DNA of 64,000 nt. Source: Macrostomum lignano (lineage: Eukaryota). Below the pieces are notes generated by a model, which searched no databases, was not told the origin of the DNA, and saw only the letters and a list, made by a program, of their open reading frames with translations. Shown here in pieces: positions 1 to 12,120 of the stretch; the first letter of the stretch is position 1; each line of letters opens with the position of its first letter. The stretch is taken from positions 62,001 through 126,000 of the forward strand of contig NIVC01001468.1 in NCBI GenBank assembly GCA_002269645.1, given 5' to 3'. The translations under genes and the position numbers were made by a program.

Positions 1-149
1 ATTCTGAGCACGAAACGAAGCGATCGGTGAACCGGACCTCCTCAACTGAGAGCATCCTGGTGCAGGACCTGAACCCCAAGGGCACGTACCTCTTCCGCTG
101 CCGGGCCTACAATTCTGCCGGCGCGGGACCCTGGAGCAGTCGGCTTCGG
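1..149 (+). CDS. Lar: LAR-type receptor PTP, partial exon (FN3 C-terminal half); gene begins upstream of window
   Basis: Frame 3 reads SEHETKRSVNRTSSTESILVQDLNPKGTYLFRCRAYNSAGAGPWS, an FN3 F/G-strand signature; donor CGG|GTAGGC at 150, phase 0, matching the acceptor at 527. Confidence 0.85.
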
Positions 150-221
150 GTAGGCGATGCTGCAACCTTTGAATTTAAGCTCAGCTTCACCTCAGATGCT
201 AGATAGTTCAACAACCACAGA

Positions 222-409
222 GTCTAGCTAAAAACCATCAATTAACCCCAGCTAATGCTGGCACCTATTTTACAGCTGAGTGAACTGAAGCAATACAGAG
301 TTAAGTGTCTTGCTCAAAGGACACTAATTGTTCCGAGTGGGTCGAGAATCGAACCCCCGACCTTTGAGTCGTGAGTCCGACGCTCTAACTAGCAAGCTAA
401 AACCCCTCC
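222..409 (-). mobile_element. tRNA-derived SINE with CORE-like domain in LAR intron
   Basis: Minus strand: A-box-like TAGCTTGCTAG, B-box GGTTCGATTC, then GTGTCCTTTGAGCAAGACACTTAACTCTG..CAGTT..TCAGCTGTAAAATAGG, resembling the MIR/CORE consensus as recalled. Confidence 0.7.
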
Positions 410-527
410 ACAGTCCTGCCGGACAATTTATAGTGCGAAATCCTCAAATGCATGTGGCCGCGCACGGAATCGAACCAAGGGTTCTGATGAAGCCCTTTCT
501 CACCTGAGCTCGCATTCCCAAATTCAG

Positions 528-1876
528 GTGGAAATGACCCAGGGCCGGGGGCCCGAGCCGCCCATCGTGGACCACATCGAGCGAGTCTCGCCCACCGCTA
601 TCCGCATCAACTGGCGCTTGCCAGCCGGTAAAATCCGCGAAGTTCGCGTGCACACCGCTCCGTCAACTATGCGAGAGGACCGGCACTTCACCGAGCACAC
701 GGTTCCATCGCCTACCGACAGCGGATATATGATCACCGACCTCTTTTCTAATTCAGAGTACATTGTCCGCCTGCAGTCGGTGGGCCTCGACGGAACGCTG
801 GGACCCCTCACCAGCGACTACGTGGTGCAGCTGTACAATGGAGACGCCGCGTCGCGCCAGGGACCCGCAAAATGGCGCCAGATGGCGCCGCGCCAGCTGC
901 GCTGCATGGACCGGCGCCCCGAGTCTCTGTACATCACCTGGTCAAAGCCCGAGACGCCGGCAAACCTGGAGAGCTTCCAGTACGCGGCATTGGGCTTCGC
1001 TAATTATCAAGACGAGACAGGCGCTATGCTGACTAGGAAGCAGCCGAACTCCATGCGTCAGGTGCCGCTGCCGGACATTGGCAGCAACACCTTCGATTTG
1101 ACCATCGACGGTCTCGAGCCGGACACCACCTACAACATAACGGTGTACGCCCGGTACGCCTTCCCCAGCTCCGCGCCTATCGCAGTTCCAACAAGCGTGA
1201 TCTGCGTCACCCTGCCACGGCCGCCGAAGAAAGTGGAGCCGCCAGTCGCCGTATCGAAGGACGCCAGCAAGCGGGTGGTGACGCTGCGGCTGAGCCGCGC
1301 CACGGATCGCCGCGGCCGCGTGGACCGCTATTACTTAATCGTGTCGCCGGAGTCCAAGCTGATTGGCACTAACCTGCTGCACCATGCCAACCTGATTGCC
1401 AGCGCTAATCCTCTGGTGAAAAGCTCGCAGGAGCCCTACATTGCCGCCTGCTTCACGGCTGAAAAATTTGCCCAACTGGTTGGCTCCAGCGGCGGCAGCG
1501 GCGGCGGCGGCGGCGGCGCGGCCAGCATCGAGTTCAGCCTTGGCTACGGAGATACAACGGAGAACTGTCCGGGACCGGACGGTGTCGGGCAGGTGGCATT
1601 TAACAAAGCGCTGATGGAAGGCCAGGCTTATAAAGCTGTACTGCGAGCCTGTCTAAGCGACGCGCACGGAGGCGGCAGGCACGAGGGCTGCACCAATAGC
1701 GAGTGGTCGCTAGCGTTCGGCACCCATGTTCCCTTGGCAACGCCGAGTCGAGCTACAGACGATGGGAACAATTACCACACGTTGATTGTTGTTCTAGTGA
1801 TCTCCGCATTGGGTCTGACTGCCGTTGTCTGCATCGCAGTCGGCTGCATTGCACTTGGCTGCTTTGTCTGCCCGCC
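528..1876 (+). CDS. Lar: LAR-type receptor PTP exon: FN3 repeats, membrane-proximal domain, TM helix
   Basis: Acceptor ttcag|GTG at 527/528; FN3 motifs (LEPDTTYNITVYA), LAR-like RYYLIV..PYIAA..FNKAL segment, hydrophobic LIVVLVISALGLTAVVCIAVGCIALGCFV; donor CC|GTAAGT at 1877, phase 2. Confidence 0.9.
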
Positions 1877-1990
1877 GTAAGTCTTGTATTGTTGGGTGGG
1901 GATTAGCGATCGATTATCGATAATACGGTGACGGATTTGAATGATGTCCATAGAGTAATGGGTGGCTAGTTGTGGGAGAAAGCTCCAGGG

Positions 1991-2535
1991 GTAGCGACAC
2001 TCAGGAGAGGGGGGATAGTGGCACTCAGGAGAGGGGGTATCGGCACTCAGGAGAGGGGGTATCGGCACTCAGGAGAGGGGGTATCGGCACTCAGGAGAGG
2101 GGGATAGTGGCACTCAGGAGAGGGGGTATCGGCACTCAGGAGAGGGGGTATCGGCACTCAGGAGAGGGGGTATCGGCACTCAGGAGAGGGGGGATAGTGG
2201 CACTCAGAAGAGGGGGATAATGGCACTCAGGAGAGGGGGAATAGCGACACTCAGTAGAGGGGGGATAATGGCACTCAGGAGAGGGGGTAGCGGCACTCAG
2301 GAGAGGGGGTAGCGGCACTCAGGAGAGGGGGTAGCGGCACTCAGGAGAGGGGGTAGCGGCACTCAGGAGAGGGGGATAATGGCACTCAGGAGAGGGGGAA
2401 TAGCGACACTCAGTAGAGGGGGGATAATGGCACTCAGTAGAGGGGGGATAATGGCACTCAGGAGAGGGGGTAGCGGCACTCAGGAGAGGGGGTAGCGGCA
2501 CTCAGGAGAGGGGGTAGCGGCACTCAGGAGAGGCG
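1991..2535. repeat. 22-23 bp minisatellite (ggcactcaggagagggggtagc), LAR intron
   Basis: Tandem units visible directly; 22-aa periodicity in ORF translations. Confidence 0.95.
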
Positions 2536-3049
2536 GTAGCAGGGGTAGGAGCGGGAGAAATAGTGTCGTTGAGCCATACGAAAAACCAACAATTTATTTC
2601 AGATGACAGAAGCCTATTGAATATTATTGAAAAACCATAACCTTTTCGTCCCCATACACTTGACTAGCGCACTTTCACTGCTGACGCAACTATCCTCCTA
2701 CCCTTGATTCTTGAAAGTTAGGCAGCAAAAAAAGTGAATAAAATGCAACAGCCACGGACCACCGTGAGGGGCAGAGAGAGAGGGGAGGCAAGGCATAATC
2801 TTCGTCTATGCTGTTTCACCGTTGCCTCCGAACCCAAGCCCGGTCTCGATGATGCATTCCTGCTTATGCAGAATTTGCGCCTAATTCGGCTGTATGTGCG
2901 CTCCTGTTTACTCTGCCATTCTGCTTTTCCCATTCCGATCCGATTCTGGCTCGTTCCGGGAAATCAGTCTGCCATGGTGTCCTAGGCTTAGATATCTGGA
3001 CTGGGCCAAGCGTCATCCGGCCCGCACAGGGTTCGTGTCTCTGCTCAGC

Positions 3050-3402
3050 TCGTTCTCTTCTCTCCCCTCTCTTCCCTCTCTCCCCTCTCTTCTTCTCGCC
3101 TCTCTCCCCTCTCTTCTTCTCGCCTCTCTTCCTTCTCTTCTTCTCTCACCTCTCTTCTTCTCTCCCCTCTCTTCTTCTCTCCCCCTCTCTGCCCTCTCTT
3201 CTTCTCCCCACCCTCTCTGCCCTCTCTTCTTCTCCCCACCCTCTCTCCCCTCTCTTCTTCTCTCCCCCTCTCTCCCCTCTCTTCTTCTCTCCCCTCTCTC
3301 TCTCCCCTCTCTTCTTCTCTCCCCTCTTCTTCTCGCCTCTCTCCCTTCTCTTCTCTCTCCCCTCTCTCCTTCTCTTCTTCTCCCCCCTTCTCTCCCCTCT
3401 CT

Positions 3403-3464
<62 letters not shown>

Positions 3465-3639
3465 TCTCTCCCCTCTCTTCTTCTCGCCTCTCTCCCTCTC
3501 TTCTTCTCGCCTCTCTTCCTTCTCTTCTTCTCTCCCCTCTCTTCTTCTCTCCCCTCTTCTTCTCGCCTCTCTCCCTTCTCTTCTTCTCTCCCCCTCTCTC
3601 CCTTCTCTTCTTCTCCCCCCCCCCCTCTCTCCCCTCTCT

Positions 3640-3673
<34 letters not shown>

Positions 3674-3847
3674 TCTCTCCCCTCTCTTCTTCTCGCCTCT
3701 CTCCCCTCTCTTCTTCTCGCCTCTCTTCCTTCTCTTCTTCTCTCCCTCTCTTCTTCTCTCCCCTCTTCTTCTCGCCTCTCTCCCTTCTCTTCTTCTCTCC
3801 CCCTCTCTCCCTTCTCTTCTTCTCCCCCCCCCCTCTCTCCCCTCTCT

Positions 3848-3881
<34 letters not shown>

Positions 3882-4054
3882 TCTCTCCCCTCTCTTCTTC
3901 TCGCCTCTCTCCCCTCTCTTCTTCTCGCCTCTCTTCCTTCTCTTCTTCTCTCCCCTCTCTTCTTCTCTCCCCTCTTCTTCTCGCCTCTCTCCCTTCTCTT
4001 CTTCTCTCCCCCTCTCTCCCTTCTCTTCTTCTCCCCCCCCTCTCTCCCCTCTCT

Positions 4055-4088
<34 letters not shown>

Positions 4089-4375
4089 TCTCTCCCCTCT
4101 CTTCTTCTCGCCTCTCTCCCCTCTCTTCTTCTCGCCTCTCTTCCTTCTCTTCTTCTCTCCCCTCTCTTCTTCTCTCCCCTCTCTTCTTCTCGCCTCTCTC
4201 CCTCTCTTCTTCTCGCCTCTCTTCCTTCTCTTCTTCTCTCCCCTCTCTTCTTCTCTCCCCTCTCTTCTTCTCTCCCCCTCTCTGCCCTCTCTTCTTCTCC
4301 CCACCCTCTCTGCCCTCTCTTCTTCTCCCCACCCTCTCTCCCCTCTCTTCTTCTCTCCCCCTCTCTCCCCTCTCT

Positions 4376-4409
<34 letters not shown>

Positions 4410-4499
4410 TCTCTCCCCTCTTCTTCTCGCCTCTCTCCCTTCTCTTCTTCTCTCCCCCTCTCTCCCTTCTCTTCTTCTCCCCCCTTCTCTCCCCTCTCT

Positions 4500-4561
<62 letters not shown>

Positions 4562-4733
4562 TCTCTCCCCTCTCTTCTTCTCGCCTCTCTCCCTCTCTTC
4601 TTCTCGCCTCTCTTCCTTCTCTTCTTCTCTCCCCTCTCTTCTTCTCTCCCTCTTCTTCTCGCCTCTCTCCCTTCTCTTCTTCTCTCCCCCTCTCTCCCTT
4701 CTCTTCTTCTCCCCCCCCCTCTCTCCCCTCTCT

Positions 4734-4767
<34 letters not shown>

Positions 4768-5225
4768 TCTCTCCCTCTCTTCTTCTCGCCTCTCTCCCCT
4801 CTCTTCTTCTCGCCTCTCTTCCTTCTCTTCTTCTCTCCCCTCTCTTCTTCTCTCCCCTCTCTTCTTCTCGCCTCTCTCCCCTCTCTTCTTCTCGCCTCTC
4901 TTCCTTCTCTTCTTCTCTCCCCTCTCTTCTTCTCTCCCCTCTTCTTCTCGCCTCTCTCCCTTCTCTTCTTCTCTCCCCTCTCTTCTTCTCTCCCCTCTCT
5001 CTTCTCCCTTATCTTCTTCTTTCCCCTCTCCCTTCGTTTTTCTCTCCCCTCTGTCCCCTCTTTTATTTCTCCTCTCTTCTCCCCTCTCCCCTCTCTTTTC
5101 TCTCTCTTTTCCTCTCCCCTCTCTCCCTCTGCCCTCTTTCCCAACTCCTCTCCTCTTTTATCTTTTCTCTCATCCCATTCCCCGCGTCCCCTCTCTTCTC
5201 TCATCTTCTGTCTTCCATTCCCTTT
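3050..5225. repeat. About 2.2 kb almost pure pyrimidine (C/T) tract
   Basis: Units of tctcttcttctctcccc and variants; source of the spurious 797, 731 and 439 aa ORFs. Confidence 0.95.
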
Positions 5226-5643
5226 CCTTTGCACTCTCATCTGGCCCGCAGACAGGAGCTGAATTCCCTATCTGGCCCTTGAGGTAAAAAAGTTTGCAGA
5301 TAGTCGGTTTCCAATCCAGATGCTTTTTCATCTGGAGCTCCATGGCTCTCCCAGCTTGACCTGATTTGCATCGCTCAGGCAAAGGCTTGAAGGCGGCGGC
5401 AATTTTCCTTCCCTATCTGCTTTTCATTCCTTGATGGATAGGATAGAATTAATGTGGTATAGTCCTTTCCCATTCAACTGCGATGCTGCTTGTCTAAACA
5501 GCTTGCTGGAGTCTGGAAGGCTAGCTGGGGGGGGGGGGGGTAAGACAGGCAAAGTTCTTATAAACGAATCTCATTAACTTCGGCGCTTCTTTACCGCAGA
5601 TTATTTTTCTGCTACTTTTCCACCTCAACACGGCCATCTTTCA

Positions 5644-6326
5644 TCTCTACCTATAAAAATCAAAACTCTGTCTGTCTGTGGACAAATTACTTCGCTATGG
5701 ACTCCCAAACCGTTCAACCAAATGACACCAAATTTTACACCCACCCTAAACTCACTACAGAGAATGTCTTAGGCTACCTTTAAATTTCCTAAATTTGAGT
5801 CTTCTTACCTAAAAGTGCAAAAAACTGCTCAAAATGCGCGATTTTTTCACTAAATCCTCCATAGCGCCGCTCCACTTCTACCGATTCTCTTCAAATTTGA
5901 CACAGATAATCTTCAACTATTTTGGTACAATCATGTAAAATTTCGAGTCTCAAAGTTAATCCTGAGCGGTGCTGTGCACTTTTAAAGTTAGGCTGTTTTT
6001 TTCAGCGTAGCAACCACCCCAACCTCCGCCCGCCTGCCTATCTTTCCCGATATCGATTTGGGCCCAGATGTGTAAAAGGGTTTCAAAATTGACTAACTTT
6101 CAGCTGCCATAAGTTTGCTCCACATAAAGCGATTGACTTCAAACTTGACACAATTCTTCATTGACCCATTCCCTATCTAAATGTAAAGTTTCAACTCTGT
6201 AACTTAACCGAAAAAGAAACTGTAAGCATGTGAATTTTATCTGCTTTTTCTGTTGTTTGTGCCACTCACTCACTCCACTCCACTCATTCCCCCAGAGCCA
6301 GACGAAGTGTCAGGCGATAGGACTGA
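5644..6326 (+). mobile_element. Non-autonomous Helitron-like element
   Basis: Starts A|TCTCTACCTATAAAAAT with a (ctgt)n run, has repeated accgatt..caaatttg..aaattt blocks, and ends in the imperfect hairpin GCCAGACGAAGTGTCAGGC followed by CTGA. Confidence 0.5.
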
Positions 6327-6700
6327 ATGTACACAGCAAATGTACAGTGTTTTAGAATAAATTTATTCATAGCCTTCTCTGCACCCCGAGAGTGGAGAGG
6401 CTACGTTTAGCCATAACAGTTTAGTGAGAAATTCTAACCACTGCCCTCCCCTCTGTATTGGCAAACTCTGCAGCATTTTAACAGTGGATGGCAATTGGCA
6501 ATTGGCAAATCGAGGGAATCCACTATCCAGCAGGGTTTGTAAAAGCGAAATATTTATGAAAAGGCGATGCGATGCAATGCAATACAACCCTACTAAATTA
6601 GGCACACCATGGAAATTTTAGGGTTCTTTTAAAGGTACTGTGTAAATAATAAATGGCCTCCTAAGAAATGCGTATTTCCTTGGTTGTTAGACTTAGACTG

Positions 6701-7956
6701 AGGAGAGAGAAAACGAAAAAGTAGAGAGGAGAGAGGAGAGGAGAGAGAAAAGAAGAGACAAGAGATGAGATAAGAGAGATGAAAGAGAAGAGAGATGAGG
6801 GAAGATACGAGAGAAGAGGGGAGAGAGGAGAGAGGAGAGGAGAGAGAAAAGAAGAGACAAGAGATGAGATAAGAGAGATGAAAGAGAAGAGAGATGAGGG
6901 AAGATACGAGAGAAGAGGGGAGAGAGGAGAGAGGAGAGAGGAGAGACGAGGGACGAGAGAGATGAGAGGAAACAAAGAGACGATAGAAATTTTAAAGGAT
7001 CCAAGGGACGTAGGGAGAGTCAGGGAGAGACCAGAGTCTGATGCAGACTCAGGAAAAGACTAATGCAGACTGCAGTGGAGCTGAAGATACACAAATTCCT
7101 TTCAGGGCTGCAAATTGGCAAGAAAGATGACGTGATCAAAGCATGAGAACAACCATGAGAGTACTACGTCCCACAAACTGGCTTTCCAAGCAGGGATGGG
7201 CAGACTTTTACCTTAAAGTCCAGATAAATAATCCAGCTCATAGCTGAGGGGCAGATGAAAGTGGAAAGAAGAAGGAATAGACGATTCGAAGAGAGGAGAG
7301 GCGACAGAGGGGATAAAAGAAAAGATAATAGGAGAGATGAGGGGGTGAGGACGATGAGAAAGAGGGGAGAAGAGGGGAGAGAGGAAAAGCGAGAGGAGAG
7401 AGTAGAGATGAGAGAGCAGAGAGCTGCAGATGAGAGGAGAGAGGAGACAGCAGAGAGGAGAGCAGAGAGGAAACAGGTGAAAGAAGAGAAGAGAGAGTAA
7501 AGGGAAGAGAGAAGAGATAAAGATACATCTCTACATCTCTAAGGTTGTAGAGATGAGAGGTGGAAGGAGAGATGAGAGATGAGAGATAACGGAGAGAGGA
7601 GAGTGGAGTGAGAGAAGAGAGGGAGACAGAGTATAGAAAAGGGAAGAGAAGAGAAAAGAAGAAAGGAGAAAGGAAAGTGAGGAGTCAAAAGAGGGGAAAG
7701 AAAAAGAGTATAGAGGAGAGAGGTGAGAGAACATATAAGACAGAGATGCCAGATTAAAGAGGGGGATGAGAGAGCAGAGACGAGAGTGAACAGATAAAAG
7801 ATGGGAGAGTAGAGAGAACAGAGGAGAGGTTACAGAGACGAGAGGAGAGAGGAGAGACAAAGGTAGAGAAGTGAGTGAGGAGAGAGGAGAGGAAAGAGGA
7901 GAATGGAGAGGGGAGAGAGTAGAGAGAGGAGGAGAGATAAGAGAGAAAGACAGAGA

Positions 7957-8053
<97 letters not shown>

Positions 8054-8508
8054 CAGCAGAGAGAAATGAGAAGAGATAAGAGAGAAAAGATAAAAGAAGA
8101 GAAAGGAAAGATGAGAGAGCAAAGACGAGAGAGAAAAGAGGTGCGGGAAGAGACGAGAGAAGAGGGGAGAGATGAGAGAGTAGAGGAGAGTTAAGAGAAG
8201 AGAGAAAAGAATAGAAAGGAGAATGAAGATAAGAGAGAAGAGGGGTGAGAGGAGAGAGGAGAGGGGGAGAGAGGAGAGAGAAAACGAAAAAGTAGAGAGG
8301 AGAGAGGAGAGGAGAGAGAAAAGAAGAGACAAGAGATGAGATAAGAGAGATGAAAGAGAAGAGAGATGAGGGAAGATACGAGAGAAGAGGGGAGAGAGGA
8401 GAGAGGAGAGAGGAGAGACGAGGGACGAGAGAGATGAGAGGAAACAAAGAGACGATAGAAATTTTAAAGGATCCAAGGGACGTAGGAGAGTCAGGGAGAG
8501 ACCAGAGT
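6701..8508. repeat. Purine-rich tract with a direct repeat (6701-7037 and 8272-8508) and (GA)n at about 7958-8050
   Basis: Both copies run from aggagagagaaaacgaaaaag to ggatccaagggacgtagg..accagagt. Confidence 0.9.
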
Positions 8509-8956
8509 TTGCCAATACATGTTTTAGAGTCAGACAGACATTGCCTGACATTCTGCGCAGCACCCCAGCCAACAATGTCTCAAACCCTAATTTTACACGA
8601 ATGTGCTCCATTTTATGTCTACCTCTATCCTACTAACTATTAACAAGTTTTTGTTTGTGTATGGCCTTAGATTTCAGAATACATGCAAAAGTAGTTCCGG
8701 GTATTGGAATTCCCGGGTTCAAAATCCGCGGGTTTCAACAGCTTGTTCATTTATATAGAGAGCATAGATCGGTTGGGTAGGACAAATTTGGGGGCTGTGC
8801 TGCCATTCGCAGCCATGAGGGCCAACCCTTAGGGCACAGAGAGTGTACATGCCTGATGATTAGAAAGTCAACGTACAGTGCCTGCGTACAGTTATTGAGT
8901 AGGCCAACCTGCAGCTTTACATCGCCCTGCGCCCCCCCCCCCAATTCCGCTTGCAG

Positions 8957-9111
8957 CAAGGGCGGCGAGCGTGGGCGCAACTTCAGGAACGGCAACTCGT
9001 CCTACTCGCGCCAGCCGCTCCAGGTGATGGTGGAGCCGGCCCTTAAGCAGCCTCTGATCGCCGCCCAGCATAACAACTCGACCAGCTTCTGCACTGGCAC
9101 GCTGCAGAGCA

Positions 9112-9142
<31 letters not shown>

Positions 9143-9435
9143 CGGTGGCGGCGGCCACGGACCGGCGTCTCTACTTCAACAACAACAGCAGCAACAGCAG
9201 CAGCAGCAGCTTCTGCAACACCAGCAACAGTTGCTTCTTCAGCAGCAGCAGCAACAACAGCAGCAACAGCAACAACAGATGCAAGCGATGGCGATGGGTC
9301 AGCAGTTCATGACAATGCCGCCAGGTCACTCTGGCACTCTGCCAACTTCGTCAATTGGATCTGGCAACAGCTCAGCTTATCATGCCGGCCCCACTGACCC
9401 TGTGGAACTGCGTCGGGTCAACTTCCCGACACCGG
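8957..9435 (+). CDS. Lar: LAR-type receptor PTP exon: juxtamembrane region with polyG/polyQ
   Basis: Acceptor ttgcag|C (phase 2, matches 1876); ends in the LAR-family motif PTDPVELRRVNFPTP; donor G|GTGAGT at 9436, phase 1. Confidence 0.88.
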
Positions 9436-9570
9436 GTGAGTCTGGCTGCTCTTTTATAAACTTACTATTTTTGTGAGTGTTGTACAGCCGCAGTCAGCAG
9501 GATTGTAACGCCGAGCAAGTCACTGAGACTGCATCGCCATGCACTGTATGCGTTCTAGAAATCGAAAGAA

Positions 9571-10298
9571 TGGTAAGCAATGGTAGACAGTGGTAGACAA
9601 TGGTAAGCAATGGTAGACAGTGGTAGACAATGGTAAGCAATGGTAGACAGTGGTAGACAATGGTAAGCAATGGTAGACAGTGGTAGACAATGGTAAGCAA
9701 TGGTAGACAGTGGTAGACAATGGTAAACAATGGTAGACAGTGGTAGACAATTGTAGACAATTGTAGACAGTGGTATAAATGGTAGACAAGGGTAGACAAT
9801 TGTAGACAATGGTAGACAATGATAGGCAGTGGTAGACAATTGTAGACAATTGTAGACAGTGGTATAAATGGTAGACAAGGGTAGACAATTGTAGACAATG
9901 GTAGACAATGATAGGCAGTGGTAGACAATTGTAGACAATTGTAGACAGTGGTATAAATGGTAGACAAGGGTAGACAATTGTAGACAATGGTAGACAATGA
10001 TAGGCAGTGGTAGACAATGGTAGACAATGGTAGACAGTGGTATAAATGGTAGACAAGGGTAGACAATTGTAGACAATGGTAGACAATGATAGGCAGTGGT
10101 AGACAATTGTAGACAATGGTAGACAAAGGTAGACAATTGTAGACAGTGGTATAAATGGTAGACAAGGGTAGACAATTGTAGACAATGGTAGACAATGATA
10201 GGCAGTGGTAGACAATTGTAGACAATGGTAGACAATGATAGGCAGTGGTAGACAATTGTAGACAATGGTAGACAATGATAGGCAGTGGTAGACAATGG
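9571..10298. repeat. 10-bp minisatellite (tggtagacaa) with 30-bp and 89-bp higher-order units
   Basis: The tggtataaat variant recurs at 9771, 9860, 9949 and 10038. Confidence 0.95.
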
Positions 10299-10814
10299 TT
10301 TCCCCGACTGTGACGCTAATATCTTTTGAATAGACACCTTTCTGAAGCATCTGTCTCCCTTATCTCAGCTCAATCTATGCAGCTTTTCTTCCAGAACGGA
10401 AGCGCACCATGTAGACAAGGGCGAATGAATTGAGATCCCCAGTCCTTTCACTGAGTGCTTCTCTTCATTGAATTATCTTTCAGAGATTGTTGTCAACCCG
10501 ATGTATGGTGAGGCTGCCTAACTCTGAAATCAGTGGAACTGGCAATTTATTTGATTCAGTTTGAGCAGTGAAATCAGAAGAGCTGTCAATTTCGATTTTT
10601 TAGATTAGTTATTAGGTGGGTTGCTGTCTGATTTAAATTAAATTATGTAATCAGTCTTTTATCAGGTGAATATCTTGATTAATTCAATTTCATTGATTGA
10701 TTGTTCTTTGTAATTTTTAGTGTATAAATATTTACTGTATACAACCAATTAGCAATATGCTATGACTGCCTAGTGATCATACAAACATATTCAAGAAGTG
10801 AGATGAATATCTGA

Positions 10815-10960
10815 CATGAGTACATGACCCATACACAGAACATGACCCATACACAATACATGACCCATACATACACGACCCATACACAACACATGACCCA
10901 TACAGAATACACGACCCATACACAGAACATGACCAATACACAGAACATGGCCCATACATG
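10815..10960. repeat. About 18-bp repeat (catgacccatacacagaa) just before the LAR acceptor
   Basis: About 8 degenerate tandem units. Confidence 0.85.
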
Positions 10961-10992
10961 ACCCGCACAACCGCCACACCCCCTCCCCACAG

Positions 10993-11513
10993 CCATGGTG
11001 AACCACCCGCCGGTGCCAATTGGTCAGCTAATCGACCACGTCAACAACCTGAAGGCCAACGACAACTTGAAATTCTCGGCCGAATACGAATCAATCGACC
11101 CGAGCCAGCAGTTCACCTGGGAGAACTCCAACCTGGAGGTGAACAAAGCTAAAAACCGTTACGCCAACGTGATCGCCTACGATCACTCCCGTGTGGTGCT
11201 GCAGCCCATGGACAACCTGCCCGGAAGCGACTACATCAACGCGAACTACATGGACGGCTACCGCAAGCAGAATGCCTACATTGCTACCCAGGGCCCCCTT
11301 CCGGACACTGTGGCGGACTTCTGGCGCATGGCCTGGGAGCAGAAGTGCTGCACTATTGTCATGATGACAAAATTGGAGGAACGGACCAGAGTGAAATGCG
11401 ATTTGTACTGGCCAGTGAAGGGCACGGAGACCTACGATATGATGGGAGTGACGCTTATCGACACGCTGGAACTGGCTTACTACACAATCAGGACGTTTGC
11501 ACTGCAGCGGGCT
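10993..11513 (+). CDS. Lar: LAR-type receptor PTP exon: wedge and first half of PTP D1
   Basis: Acceptor cacag|CC (phase 1); [53 protein letters not shown]; donor GCT|GTGAGT at 11514. Confidence 0.96.
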
Positions 11514-11552
11514 GTGAGTGGCTGCCGTGTTACCTTTCTGCACTGTTAGACT

Positions 11553-12120
11553 TGTCTGACTCTCTCTGACTCTCTCTGACTCTGACTCTCTCTGATTCTC
11601 TGACTCTCTGACTCTCTCTGACTCTCTCTGACTCTGACTCTCTCTGACTCTGACTCTCTCTGACTCTCTCTGACTCTCCGACTCTCTGACTCTCTCTGAC
11701 TCTCTCTGACTCTCTGACTCTCTCTGACTCTCTCTGACTCTCTCTGACTCTCTCTGACTCTCCGACTCTCTGACTCTCTCTGACTCTCTGACTCTCTCTG
11801 ACTCTCTCTGACTCTCTCTGACTCTCTCTGACTCTCCGACTCTCTGACTCTCTCTGCCTCTCTGACTCTCTCTGCCTCTCTCTGACTCTCTTTGAGCTTC
11901 TCTGACTCTCTCTGACTCTCCGACTCTCTGACTCTTTCTGACTCTCTGACTCTCTCTGACTCTCTCTGACTCTCTTTGAGTTTCTCTGACTCTCTCTGAT
12001 TCTCTGACTCTCTCTTATTCTTTCTGAAATTCTCTGCCTCTCTCTGCCTCTCTGACTCCTCCTCTGACTCTCTCTCTCTCTCTCTCTCCCTGACTCTACC
12101 CATCTCTCTCTGATTCTTCC
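11553..12120. repeat. (tc)n-tgac satellite, LAR intron, left block
   Basis: Tandem tctctgac units starting about 40 nt after the donor. Confidence 0.95.

Noticed and set aside
452-515. tRNA gene candidates (452-515 minus, SINE heads at 340-409, 20676, 51216, and 18655-18685)
   Set aside because: A/B-box-like motifs are present but there is no complete cloverleaf with acceptor stem; these are SINE heads or relics.
2894-8611. Very long ORFs (797, 731, 439, 285 aa) of Leu/Ser/Pro or Arg/Glu/Gly
   Set aside because: They are translations of stop-free C/T and G/A tracts inside a LAR intron whose flanking exons already join in phase.
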